This document shows, piece by piece, positions 9,785 through 18,565 of a DNA stretch of 64,000 nucleotides. Positions within the stretch are counted from its first letter, which is position 1. Every line of letters begins with the position of its first letter. The stretch is from Verrucomicrobiota bacterium (GTDB lineage Bacteria; Verrucomicrobiota; Lentisphaeria; Lentisphaerales; Lentisphaeraceae), in the NCBI GenBank assembly GCA_039798785.1, contig JBDKFG010000012.1:1-64000 (forward strand), read 5' to 3'. The notes under the pieces are model-generated. The model was given only the letters and a program-made list of their open reading frames with translations, had not been told where the DNA came from and ran no database searches. The translations under genes were made by a program, and so were the position numbers.

Positions 9785-10738
9785 GTGAAATTCTGGATTC
9801 CCCTGCTGCTGATCGTCGCCGGACTTGGCCTGTGGCTGCACCGGCCTCCGACGCCGTCGGCCCCGCCGATCCTGGTCGCCGCCAACACCTGGCCCGGCAA
9901 CGAGGCGCTCCTCGCCGTCCGCCGCGACAAAGCCGGCAATTACAAATCCACCCGCCTCGGCAACGCCACCGAAGTCGCCTGGGCCTTCAAGAACCGCAGC
10001 GCCGACCTCGTCAGCCTGACCCTTGACGAAACCTTGCGACTGGCCCAGGACGAGCCAGACCTGGTGGTGTTGACCCTGATCGACTGGTCCGCCGGCGCCG
10101 ATGGACTGGTGATGAAAGACGCCAGCAAAGGGCTTGGAGGACTTCGCAGCTCCCGTCTGGCAGTGGAGTCGACGGCTCTCGGGCAATATCTCTTCAACCG
10201 CATCTGCGAGCAGGGCGGCATCCATCCCAGCGAACTGCAGCTGGTGCCGCTGCCGGTGGACGCGCATTTCAAGGCCTGGAAGGAATACCGCATCGACGCA
10301 GCGATCAATTTCGAACCTGAACTCTCGCGTCTCCGCCGCGAAGGCGGCCAGCTCGCTTGGGACTCCCGCCAGGTCCCCGGGGAAATCGTCGATTGTCTCG
10401 TCACCCGCAGATCGCTGCTGCGTGATAAAAAGCCTCAGATCGAGGCCTTCCTCGGCGCTTGGCAGTCTGAGCTGGCGCTGATCGAAGCGCGCGATCCGGA
10501 CCAGATGGCCCGCATCGGCCAGAAGCTCGGCCTGGATCCAGACGAAACCCGGGCTGCTTTCGCCGGCGTCAAGCTGTTGCAATCCGCCGAAGCTGAGCAA
10601 CACCTGCACAGCGAGCTGCTCGCCCGCACCGCCGAACGCATCCAGGAGCAGATGCTCCGCTCCGGGCTGATCCGCCGCGTCATCCCCCTTCGCGACCTAC
10701 TCCCTCCCCGACCCGGAATTGTTCCGGAAAAGCGCTGA
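9785..10738 (+). CDS. NMT1/SsuA-like periplasmic substrate-binding protein
   Basis: N-terminal hydrophobic anchor, 'NTWPG', 'TLDE', 'DWSAGADG', 'FEP', 'PGEIVD'. No permease or ATPase gene adjacent. Confidence 0.8.
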   Translation: MKFWIPLLLIVAGLGLWLHRPPTPSAPPILVAANTWPGNEALLAVRRDKAGNYKSTRLGNATEVAWAFKNRSADLVSLTLDETLRLAQDEPDLVVLTLIDWSAGADGLVMKDASKGLGGLRSSRLAVESTALGQYLFNRICEQGGIHPSELQLVPLPVDAHFKAWKEYRIDAAINFEPELSRLRREGGQLAWDSRQVPGEIVDCLVTRRSLLRDKKPQIEAFLGAWQSELALIEARDPDQMARIGQKLGLDPDETRAAFAGVKLLQSAEAEQHLHSELLARTAERIQEQMLRSGLIRRVIPLRDLLPPRPGIVPEKR

Positions 10739-10832
10739 CCGGAGCTTTTTATGCCGCAATTCACCCCGCGGGCTTTGGATTTTCCAGTCTCGGAGTGTTA
10801 TTCTTTGAGCGAGTTCCGGAGAGCCCGTAAGC

Positions 10833-11144
10833 ATGAGCCGAACCAAGGTGATTGATCCCGATCTGCCGCGCCGCCGCGGACGCCAAAGCTCCGCGGCGCC
10901 GATTACGACGCCGCGTTTCCCGATGCGAGAACTGAACGCCTGGCTCCGTCGCAATCTCAGCTGGGACCACGCCGCCTGGATGCTCCTGATGGAAGATCTC
11001 AAACGCCAGGGATTCAGCTACTGGACCGATCATGCCGCGGGGCAGGACGCTCTCGGCCTCTACCTCGAGAGCAAGCGCCAAGGCCTCCAATTTTCTATGC
11101 CCTCCCACATCACAAGCAGCAAGGAAGAAGCCAATGCCCGCTAA
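10833..11144 (+). CDS. Small hypothetical protein with Trp-rich domain
   Basis: C-terminal half is visibly homologous to the C-terminal domain of the next ORF, which supports both being real genes. Confidence 0.65.
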   Translation: MSRTKVIDPDLPRRRGRQSSAAPITTPRFPMRELNAWLRRNLSWDHAAWMLLMEDLKRQGFSYWTDHAAGQDALGLYLESKRQGLQFSMPSHITSSKEEANAR

Positions 11145-11688
11145 AAAAGCCGCCCCGAAAGCGACCCACGGATTGAGACAGCCCGAGCTTCTGGAATTCG
11201 AACCGAAAAAATCCGCCGCCAAGGCAGAGAAGGCCCCCGCCAAGCCCAAGGCAGAGAAGGCCCCCGCCAAGCCCAAGGCAGAGAAGGCCCCCGCCAAGCC
11301 CAAGGCAGAGAAGGCTCCCGCCAAGCCCAAGGCAGAGAAGGCTCCTGCCAAGCCCAAGGCAGAGAAGGCTCCCGCCAAGCCCAAGGCAGAGAAGGCTCCC
11401 GCCAAGGCCGAGAAGGAAAGTCCTAAGCCGGTCGAAGCCAAAGCTCCGGCTCCCTATGTCGCACCTGAGCCCCGCCGCCACATCCCGGAAAATCCCAAGC
11501 TGCCGGTCCACCCCTTCCCCGAAACCTTCTTGCGCGAGTGGCTGAAGGGCCGCCGCTTCTGGAACAACGCCGAATGGCTGGAACTGATGACCACACTGGA
11601 GCGAAACGGCAACGCCTGGTGGGTCTCCACCCAGGAACGCCGCGACCAGATCGGCTTCTTCCTCGAATCGCAGCGCGACAGACACTGA
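11134..11688 (+). CDS. Histone H1/Hc2-like Lys/Ala/Pro repeat protein with Trp-rich C-terminal domain
   Basis: Starts MPAKKAAPK after AAGGAAG; about 7 KAEKAPAKP repeats. Confidence 0.7.
   Translation: MPAKKAAPKATHGLRQPELLEFEPKKSAAKAEKAPAKPKAEKAPAKPKAEKAPAKPKAEKAPAKPKAEKAPAKPKAEKAPAKPKAEKAPAKAEKESPKPVEAKAPAPYVAPEPRRHIPENPKLPVHPFPETFLREWLKGRRFWNNAEWLELMTTLERNGNAWWVSTQERRDQIGFFLESQRDRH
11221..11406 (+). repeat. 27-bp coding tandem repeat (six full units plus one near-full unit)
   Basis: Unit AAGGCAGAGAAGGC(C/T)CC(C/T)GCCAAGCCC, no spacers. Confidence 0.95.
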
Positions 11689-11712
11689 TCTGAAGCGACG
11701 CTCTCTTAAGGA

Positions 11713-11744
11713 ACCCGGGGCAGTCCCCGGGTGTCCTTGTTTTT
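11713..11744 (+). terminator. Probable terminator
   Basis: ACCCGGGG-CAGT-CCCCGGGT followed by a T-rich run. Confidence 0.5.
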
Positions 11745-11780
11745 GCCTCCTCACTCCCATGCCTTGGAACCCGGACTGCC

Positions 11781-14393
11781 ATGTCTTCCATTCGCCACGC
11801 CGCCCTCGCCTGCCTCACCCTAATGCCGCTCCTTCCCTCGCGGCTCGTCGCGGAAGAGGCCGTCGCGGAAGCACGCCCATTCGAACGCCGTTGCGTCCTC
11901 CGCGGCACCGCCGTCCCATCGCAAGGCGCCGACCTCCTGTCCCGGGCGGGCTTCATCCCCCTGCAGAGCATCGTTCCCGACGGCACCTGGGTCGAAAAAG
12001 GCGCAGTGGTGGCGGAATTCGATGCCGCCGAGGCGCGGGCGGAACTGGAGAAGCGCTTGCGCGAGCGCGATGTGGTCGAAGCCGAGCTGCAGGCCGAACT
12101 GCGCAAGATCGAGAATCGCGAAATGGAGATGCGCGACCGCCTCGCCACTCTCGAAGGAAAGCTCGAGGTCGCCCAGGCCCGCCTCGCCGACCTGAAAAGC
12201 CTGCCGCGCCTGAGCGAAGTCGAGATCGCCGAAGGCCGGGCCCGGGTCGCACGTCTCGAGTTCAAAGCCGCGGAAGAGGAACTCAAGCGGGTCAAGATCA
12301 GCGTCGAGAAGGGTTTCGCATCCGTCGTCGAACAGGCCGGAGCGGAGAAAATCCTCGCCGTCAAACAGGCCGGCGCCGAACTCGCCGAAGCCGAGCTGCT
12401 CATCGCCCGACTCCCTGCCGAAGAAGAGGACATGCGCAGCCAGGAACTGGAGATCGCCACCATCGAGGCCGAGCTCAAGCTTGCCAAATTCGAAATCTCC
12501 CAGGGCGACGGCACCGCCAAGCTCCAACGCCAGGCGGCGATGGCGAAAAAGGCCGTCCTCGACCGCATGATCGAGCAGGCCCGCGAAAGCGTCGACGGCA
12601 GCATCTTCCACGCCCCCGTCGCCGGCTTCGTCCGCCACGGCGAACACCGCACCCGGATCGAGCCAGGGGTGAAGTTCTTTCCCGACTTCCGTTTCGCCTC
12701 CATCCCCGACCTGAAATCCCTCGACTTTCACACTTGGCTTCCCGAGGTCGACCGGCCCTTCTTCGAGACCGGCGCCCCCGCCGAGATCAGCGTCTACGGC
12801 CGCGCCGACACCCGCCTCTCCGGCAAGATCGCCGAGATCTCATCCCTGCCGATCGACCTGGCAGAACGCCAGAAGATCGGCTTCGGCCGCAAGGCCCAGC
12901 CCAGCGGCATCAAGGTCTACGAAGCCCTGGTCAAGCTGGATACCGTGCCGGATTGGCTCCGCACCGGCATGCACGCCGAAATCCGCCTCGCCGCCCGCGG
13001 CGCCGCCCGCCCCGCCGTCCCCCTCTCCCTGATCCGGATGAACGGCGGCCGTCCCTGGCTCGCCCGCCAAGGCGTCTTCGGCGAAGTCCGCGGCAGCTCC
13101 GACGGCGGCTGGTTCTACTTCGACGACCAGGATGCCCTCGGCCAGCGCTTCTCATCGGAAGGCACCTGGCCGGAAAACAACGGCGAACGCAGCGCCAACC
13201 CGGGCAAGATCCAGGCGGTGATGGGAGCCGTCCAGGCTGCCTCGGCCGCCATCGTCGCACTGCCCGACGTCGCACGCGACAGCCGCCTCGCCTGGCTTCT
13301 CGACGAAGAAAGCCTGGTCAAGACCGGCGACCTGATCGCCAAACTCGACCGCCGCTCCGCCGAACGGGGCCTCGACACCGCCGAAAGCGAACTCGCCTCG
13401 GCCCAGGCGAAGCGCGACTCCGCCGCCCGCGACTCCGACATGGCCGGACGCGATCACGACTTCCGCAAGCTCCGCGAGGAAAACCAGCTGCAGCAATTCG
13501 TCCTCGAGCTCCGCAAGAAGAACGGCCAGGCCCCTGAAGACCCCTCGCCGAAGCCGCCCCTGAAACTCGGCGACATCGAGATCCCCGCCGGCGCCGAAAG
13601 GAAGGCCTTCCTCAAGGCAAGGCGCGACCTCTGCGCTGCCACCGCCGAACTCGCCGCCGCCAGCCTTGAGCTGCACCGCCTGCAGGCCCGCCCCAGCGAA
13701 TTCGTCTCTCCCGCCGAACTCGAAAAGATCAGCAACGCCTGCCACCGCCAGGAACTCCTGCTCACCAAGGCTCAGATTGATCTCGCCCGCGCCACCCGCG
13801 GCCCGGCCCCCGAAGAAAGAGCCAAGGGCGACCAGGAATATTTCGAGAAGAAGAACGGCGCCTTCCGCTCGGTCCGGCGCGCCGCGATGGAGCTGGCGAA
13901 GAAGAACAAAGATCTGTCCCAGGCCGAAAGTGAACTGGCGATCAAGAAGAGCGAGCTCGCCGTCGCCCGCCGTCACCTCTCCAACGTCGAAATCCGAGCC
14001 CCCGCCGCCGGCCTTCTCCGCTATGAACGGATCTGGGACTCCGGCGCCCTCCGGCGCCCCTCCGCCGGAGTCGTCGTCCGCGACGGCAGTCGACTCTTCT
14101 CCATCCCCGACACTTCGCGACTCGCCGTCGTCGTCCAGCTGCCGGAACACCGCTACGCCAAGATCAAGGTCGGGCAGAAGCTGCGCATCCGCCTCCCCTC
14201 CGACAGCAGCGCCGGCGAACTCGAAGGCACGGTCCGCGAAGTCGGATCCCTCTTCGAAGCGCTCGAAACCCGCAGCTCGGGCGGCAACCAGGCCGAACCC
14301 CTCGGCGAAACCGTCTTCACCATGATCATCGACGTCAACACTGCCGGCCGCAAACTCAAACCCGGCGCCTTGGCGGAAGTGATCTTCCCGTGA
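11781..14393 (+). CDS. Tandem double HlyD/RND-type periplasmic adaptor (membrane fusion protein)
   Basis: Two complete modules: 'PDGTWVEKGAVVAEFD...HAPVAGFV...LRTGMHAEI' and 'EESLVKTGDLIAKLD...IRAPAAGLL...LKPGALAEV'. Signal peptide present. Confidence 0.8.
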   Translation: MSSIRHAALACLTLMPLLPSRLVAEEAVAEARPFERRCVLRGTAVPSQGADLLSRAGFIPLQSIVPDGTWVEKGAVVAEFDAAEARAELEKRLRERDVVEAELQAELRKIENREMEMRDRLATLEGKLEVAQARLADLKSLPRLSEVEIAEGRARVARLEFKAAEEELKRVKISVEKGFASVVEQAGAEKILAVKQAGAELAEAELLIARLPAEEEDMRSQELEIATIEAELKLAKFEISQGDGTAKLQRQAAMAKKAVLDRMIEQARESVDGSIFHAPVAGFVRHGEHRTRIEPGVKFFPDFRFASIPDLKSLDFHTWLPEVDRPFFETGAPAEISVYGRADTRLSGKIAEISSLPIDLAERQKIGFGRKAQPSGIKVYEALVKLDTVPDWLRTGMHAEIRLAARGAARPAVPLSLIRMNGGRPWLARQGVFGEVRGSSDGGWFYFDDQDALGQRFSSEGTWPENNGERSANPGKIQAVMGAVQAASAAIVALPDVARDSRLAWLLDEESLVKTGDLIAKLDRRSAERGLDTAESELASAQAKRDSAARDSDMAGRDHDFRKLREENQLQQFVLELRKKNGQAPEDPSPKPPLKLGDIEIPAGAERKAFLKARRDLCAATAELAAASLELHRLQARPSEFVSPAELEKISNACHRQELLLTKAQIDLARATRGPAPEERAKGDQEYFEKKNGAFRSVRRAAMELAKKNKDLSQAESELAIKKSELAVARRHLSNVEIRAPAAGLLRYERIWDSGALRRPSAGVVVRDGSRLFSIPDTSRLAVVVQLPEHRYAKIKVGQKLRIRLPSDSSAGELEGTVREVGSLFEALETRSSGGNQAEPLGETVFTMIIDVNTAGRKLKPGALAEVIFP

Positions 14394-14777
14394 AGCTCCC
14401 TGCCGATGGAGCCCTTCAACGAACACGACTGGTCGGGCAATGGTGGCGCAGCTCCTTCTGAAATGCTGGGCGGGAATTGAACTCCCCGGTGTGCGCAGCG
14501 AGGAGTTCGGCGTCGCGGCAGCGACGGGGCGACAGGTGCCCTTGGAGATGCCTGGTGCGCGCCATTAGCGATCGCCGAAATGTCATCCTGTCGCATCGCG
14601 ACGGCATTTCTCCTGCGAGCCATCCGAGGGGCCCCAAAAACCGGCTACACTCATGCCTTTGCTTAGCGATGCGACGAGCCACCAAGACCGTGCATGCATC
14701 TGCTTGTTTTGGACTTGCACGCTCCGCATCTTGCAGGGGGTTCCCTGGACTGGTGCAGCAACCTGGACAGGCGCGGT

Positions 14778-16226
14778 TCAACCCGCCTTTTTGAGTTCGA
14801 TTTTGGCCGGTGCCGGCAGCTTGCGCAGGTCGGACCAGAAGGGGCGCTCGTTCATGAAGCCGCCGTGGCCGGTGCCGCGGATGATCTGGTAATGGATACG
14901 CGGACCGCACAACTTCACCAAGGGGTCGAAAATTGCCGGCGGGCTGAGGGGATCCTGGTCGCTCGAATAAAGATAGAATTCGATTTCGGGAGAGGCCTTG
15001 AGATTGGCGGCTTCTTGCGCCGGATCAATCAGATCCAGAGGGCCGAAATCGATCGTGTCGGCGAGCTTCAAGGCCGGGCTGTTCATCGTGAAATGCGCCA
15101 GAGCCTCCTCCCCGAGGAGCCACTCGCGGGGGTCCGACCCTTCCTTCGCCATCCTGTCGAAGATCTCGGTGTAGAAATCGCTCAGGGACTGCTTGCCGGA
15201 GCCGTAACATTCGATGCGATTGCAGACGGTGTTGAGGGGATTGCTGGGGTTGTCGATTTCGAGCTCGTCGATACAGACCGCCTTGACCACTGCCTCGAGG
15301 GCTTCGCGATGGACGGTCTTGCCGTCGGGGCTGATGTACTGCAGAATGCCGGCCAGCTGCGGCCATTCACTGTCTTCGGAAAGGAAGATCAGCCCGGCGT
15401 AGCCAAGACTGTGCCGGCCTTCGAGGCGCAGAGAGCCGAAGCTGAAGCCGTTTTTCGGATCGTCGAGATGCCGGCGAAGCACCTCAAGGCGGGAACGGCA
15501 CTCGGGGTGGGCGGCGAGGAAGCGGGTCAAGTTGGCATGATGGGCGCGCAGTCGCAACTCGGCGTCGAGCTGCGGCTTGTCCATCGGGGCGTGGCCGTGC
15601 AGGTGCAGGCTGCTGATCGAGCCGGGACAGATCTCGAGATAGCGGTGGCCGATCATCGCGCCATAGCTTTGTCCGACGATGCACCAGCGCGAATCCTCGC
15701 CGTAAAGGCTGCGGCGCAGCGCCTCGGAATCGAGCACGATGGCGCGGCTCAGATAGAGGCGGAGACGCTTCACCGAAGCAGCGTCGGCGCCGTCGGGAAA
15801 GAGACTGCCGCAGCCGGTGCCGCGCTGATGAAGCATGACGAAGTCGCGATCGGGTGTGCGCCGCATCAAATCCATGTAGCCTTCTTCGGTGAAGGCTCCC
15901 GGGCCGCCGTTGTAGTAGATCACCGGCTCCTTGCCGGAGGGCCGCCGCGCTTTGAGTCGATGCCAGAAGACCCGGACCCGCGGCGATGTCGCTTCGGCCC
16001 AGTCCTCCGGCACTTCGATCCATCCGTAATCCATGAACTTCGGCAGGCCCTTGAGGAATCGCTTCTGCCGGGCGTCGAGAAGCGGCAGGACTTCGTCATT
16101 CTTGAGAACGCGGACTTCAGCTTTTGCGGGGCTGCTCGCCAGCACCGGCGCGGACGTCTCCGCAGGCGCCGCGGCGAGAGAGGAGATCCAGCAGGAAGCA
16201 GCGAGAAGGAAAGTGAGAAGGCGCAT
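14778..16226 (-). CDS. Secreted alpha/beta hydrolase (prolyl aminopeptidase-like)
   Basis: 'NGGPG', 'QRGTGCG', nucleophile 'GQSYG', C-terminal 'DQDP' and 'GTGH'. Confidence 0.85.
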   Translation of the reverse strand: MRLLTFLLAASCWISSLAAAPAETSAPVLASSPAKAEVRVLKNDEVLPLLDARQKRFLKGLPKFMDYGWIEVPEDWAEATSPRVRVFWHRLKARRPSGKEPVIYYNGGPGAFTEEGYMDLMRRTPDRDFVMLHQRGTGCGSLFPDGADAASVKRLRLYLSRAIVLDSEALRRSLYGEDSRWCIVGQSYGAMIGHRYLEICPGSISSLHLHGHAPMDKPQLDAELRLRAHHANLTRFLAAHPECRSRLEVLRRHLDDPKNGFSFGSLRLEGRHSLGYAGLIFLSEDSEWPQLAGILQYISPDGKTVHREALEAVVKAVCIDELEIDNPSNPLNTVCNRIECYGSGKQSLSDFYTEIFDRMAKEGSDPREWLLGEEALAHFTMNSPALKLADTIDFGPLDLIDPAQEAANLKASPEIEFYLYSSDQDPLSPPAIFDPLVKLCGPRIHYQIIRGTGHGGFMNERPFWSDLRKLPAPAKIELKKAG

Positions 16227-16908
16227 GGGCAATCCTAAGTCTCAAGGTTGAAAGGTTGCTAGGTTGAGGAGATGGCGGCTCGCCTTTCAATCTTTAACCT
16301 AATTTGGGCAAACCGAGATTTCGGCGGAATCGGCCCCTGGATTCGCCACGGACTAGGCAGCGCCAAGGACGCCATAGTAGCCCGGAAACCGACTCTGGCA
16401 AATGTCCCGGGCTCCTCCCCTCCTCCCGGACAAGAGTGAGCAATGCCGGGCGTGTGAGCGTCTGCCGCGCCTTCCGCAAGGTCGATCCGATCGCGCCGGA
16501 CTCCGTGCCCTCGAATCTGATCTTCCTGTCGGAGCCGTCGACAAGGCGACTAAGATTTGCGCTTCCCACAAGGAAGGAACCCAACGATCTGATCGAGCGC
16601 CACCATAACAAACAGCAGTGAGCGGCGGGCATGGCAGCCATGCCTCACATTCCAGCGGCAACCCGGCAGAAAAACGGTTACCGGACCTTGCGCTCTCCAT
16701 TGCTCGAGCCAATTCATCACGGTGAGCGTGAGTATCTTCTGGCCTGCCAGAAGATCAGCGGGGCGCGGCCTAGCGGACGCCGGTTCCGAGTTCTTCCAGA
16801 CAGCGCTCGAGGGCGATAAGATGACGGAGCTCCTGGACTCACGGGGATAGCGCCAAGCTATCCGCGCTTCGCTCACCGTCTTTATAGCACCTCAAGGTGC
16901 CCATGCGT

Positions 16909-17616
16909 TCACGGCGTGCCGGCCGTCTCAATCTCTTCTGAAAGGACGATCTCCGGCAACTTATCACGGGACGGAACGCTCAAGATGAGGGCCGCGGGAT
17001 CCTCGCTATCCTTGGTGGGATCACGACTGCACACGCCGTCAAGAACTCCAATCCTGTAGAGCTGTTCCTGCAGTGAGACATCCTCCCCCATCAAGATCAG
17101 CTTGCGGCTTCCTTTCTCGTCTGAGATGAGATCAAGGATTTCGTCGCTGCCTGAATCAAAGAAAGTGCCGTTTACCGCGAAGCATAAATCCCATGGCTTG
17201 GAAAGAAGTGACTGGACCTCAGTCTTGTTGAGATAGGGATGTCCGTTATCGATCCCAGTGTCTAAAATGACGACGCTCGAACCAGGAAGGCGGCGCTCAA
17301 CGCCATCTGTAAAGGAACGATAGATTCTGGCGCTGCCGGGATCCTGCTTCATGGTGACCAGCAAGATCCGTGGCCGGGCAGGGCCTTGGAGAACAGCGAT
17401 CTGAGCAGCCAAGTGCTCTCCGCGAAGGCTGGCGGCGGCGTAGTCGTAGCCGTCTTCGTCCCGCCCGTCATCGGCAGTGATAAAGCCTAGAACTGAGAGT
17501 AGGAGGGACGTTCCTGTCGCTGCCAGCCCGGCGAAGCGGATCCGGGGACGTCCTGTTCGCGAGGCCATGTAGCAGGCCAAACCCATTACGAAGAGAAAGA
17601 GCGCGAGAAGATTCAT
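16909..17616 (-). CDS. Hypothetical membrane-anchored protein
   Basis: Two N-terminal hydrophobic segments; ATGA overlap with the upstream prepilin-like gene. Confidence 0.6.
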   Translation of the reverse strand: MNLLALFLFVMGLACYMASRTGRPRIRFAGLAATGTSLLLSVLGFITADDGRDEDGYDYAAASLRGEHLAAQIAVLQGPARPRILLVTMKQDPGSARIYRSFTDGVERRLPGSSVVILDTGIDNGHPYLNKTEVQSLLSKPWDLCFAVNGTFFDSGSDEILDLISDEKGSRKLILMGEDVSLQEQLYRIGVLDGVCSRDPTKDSEDPAALILSVPSRDKLPEIVLSEEIETAGTP

Positions 17617-18356
17617 GGTGCACCTACGATTTTGTTATTGGCAGGATCAACGTTGACGACATGGAAGCTGTCGGAACTGTATTTCCTGGCAGTATCCGAG
17701 GTGGTGCTGAATCGTTGTTTGATGCCGACGCTGCCGTCAACTCTCACGATATTGAAATCGACTTCGTTGGTGGCGGCGAAATGGCGACCAGTCGAAGCCG
17801 TGTCCCATTTATAGAGCCCATAGGTCCCGAACTCCGAGACCAGCATCATCTTGCTGGGTTGGCGCACTGCGGCAAAGGTCTTGGTGGGATAGGGGTTGTG
17901 ACCGCCACTATTTCCGGTGCCCATGACCCCTGAGACCCAGCCGATGTTGCTATTGTAGGAGGTGCCGCGTTGAGAGGCCAGCTTCCAGACTGCGTCGGCG
18001 GGACAATCGACCACTTTCAATGCCGAGCTGGGATTGAGACCAGGATCGATGTAGGCATTGAGCTTTCTGTCCATCTGATTTTTAGAACCATTGCCGGCAA
18101 GCTCGGAGCTGCGCCCGAAGGCGTCATTGATGTTGTAGCTGCTGGTATTGGTTTTAACTGGGCAGGTCGAATCCCGATTGTTGCGAGCGAAGAGAAAATG
18201 AGCGGTATGGAGCTGCTTGAGATTGCTGGCGCAGACGGCGATCTCGGCTAGCCTTCTGACCTTCATGAAAGATGGGAAAAGCAAAGAAAAGAGGATGCAG
18301 ATGATGCAGATCACCATGAGCATTTCAATCAAGGTGAAGCGGCTGCGGTTTCTCAT
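17613..18356 (-). CDS. Prepilin-type N-terminal cleavage/methylation domain protein
   Basis: 'RFTLIEMLMVICIICILFSLLFP', 'CASNLKQL', 'CPAD', C-terminal 'H...NIVRVDGSV' (H-X-DG-like). Confidence 0.88.
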   Translation of the reverse strand: MRNRSRFTLIEMLMVICIICILFSLLFPSFMKVRRLAEIAVCASNLKQLHTAHFLFARNNRDSTCPVKTNTSSYNINDAFGRSSELAGNGSKNQMDRKLNAYIDPGLNPSSALKVVDCPADAVWKLASQRGTSYNSNIGWVSGVMGTGNSGGHNPYPTKTFAAVRQPSKMMLVSEFGTYGLYKWDTASTGRHFAATNEVDFNIVRVDGSVGIKQRFSTTSDTARKYSSDSFHVVNVDPANNKIVGAP

Positions 18357-18371
18357 GATCGGGCTCCATGG

Positions 18372-18457
18372 GGTTGAACGAGGTTCGAACCCGGTATGCC
18401 ACACGGAATCAGGTTTTGACTGGCTTCCGGAAATCTTGATCATCCCTGAACTCAAGG
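18372..18457 (-). promoter_or_regulatory. Conserved upstream cassette copy 1 (GTCAAA-N15-GCATAC)
   Basis: Shares GGTTGAACGAGGTTCGAAC, AATCAGGTTTTGAC and TGAACTCAAGG blocks with 20070-20159. Confidence 0.65.
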
Positions 18458-18565
18458 GCGAGGAGCGGACTGTTTGAGCATCGGCGACCGGAAACGCCTG
18501 CAAGTCGGCATGGAGCCCAAGTCCATCCCGGCACGGCTTCCCCAGTCGCACGATTCACATATCAT

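Noticed and set aside
11221..11406. 27-bp repeats as a CRISPR array
   Set aside because: Head-to-tail with no spacers, in frame within a CDS, and no cas genes.
11759..13537. 592-aa Arg/Pro-rich ORF
   Set aside because: Alternate-frame shadow of the double adaptor gene.
14465..14488. Minus-strand GGAGTTCAATTCCCGCC resembling a tRNA/tmRNA 3' fragment (att site)
   Set aside because: The T-stem does not pair properly, there is no CCA end, and no integrase is nearby.
14694..16238. 514-aa plus-strand ORF
   Set aside because: Antisense to the alpha/beta hydrolase, which has clear catalytic motifs.
16261..16300. Possible fourth copy of the GTCAAA-N15-CAT motif upstream of the hydrolase
   Set aside because: GTTAAA with the wrong spacing and a poor -10 match.
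18381..18395. GGTTCGAACCC resembling a tRNA T-loop
   Set aside because: No cloverleaf or acceptor stem; it belongs to the duplicated upstream cassette.
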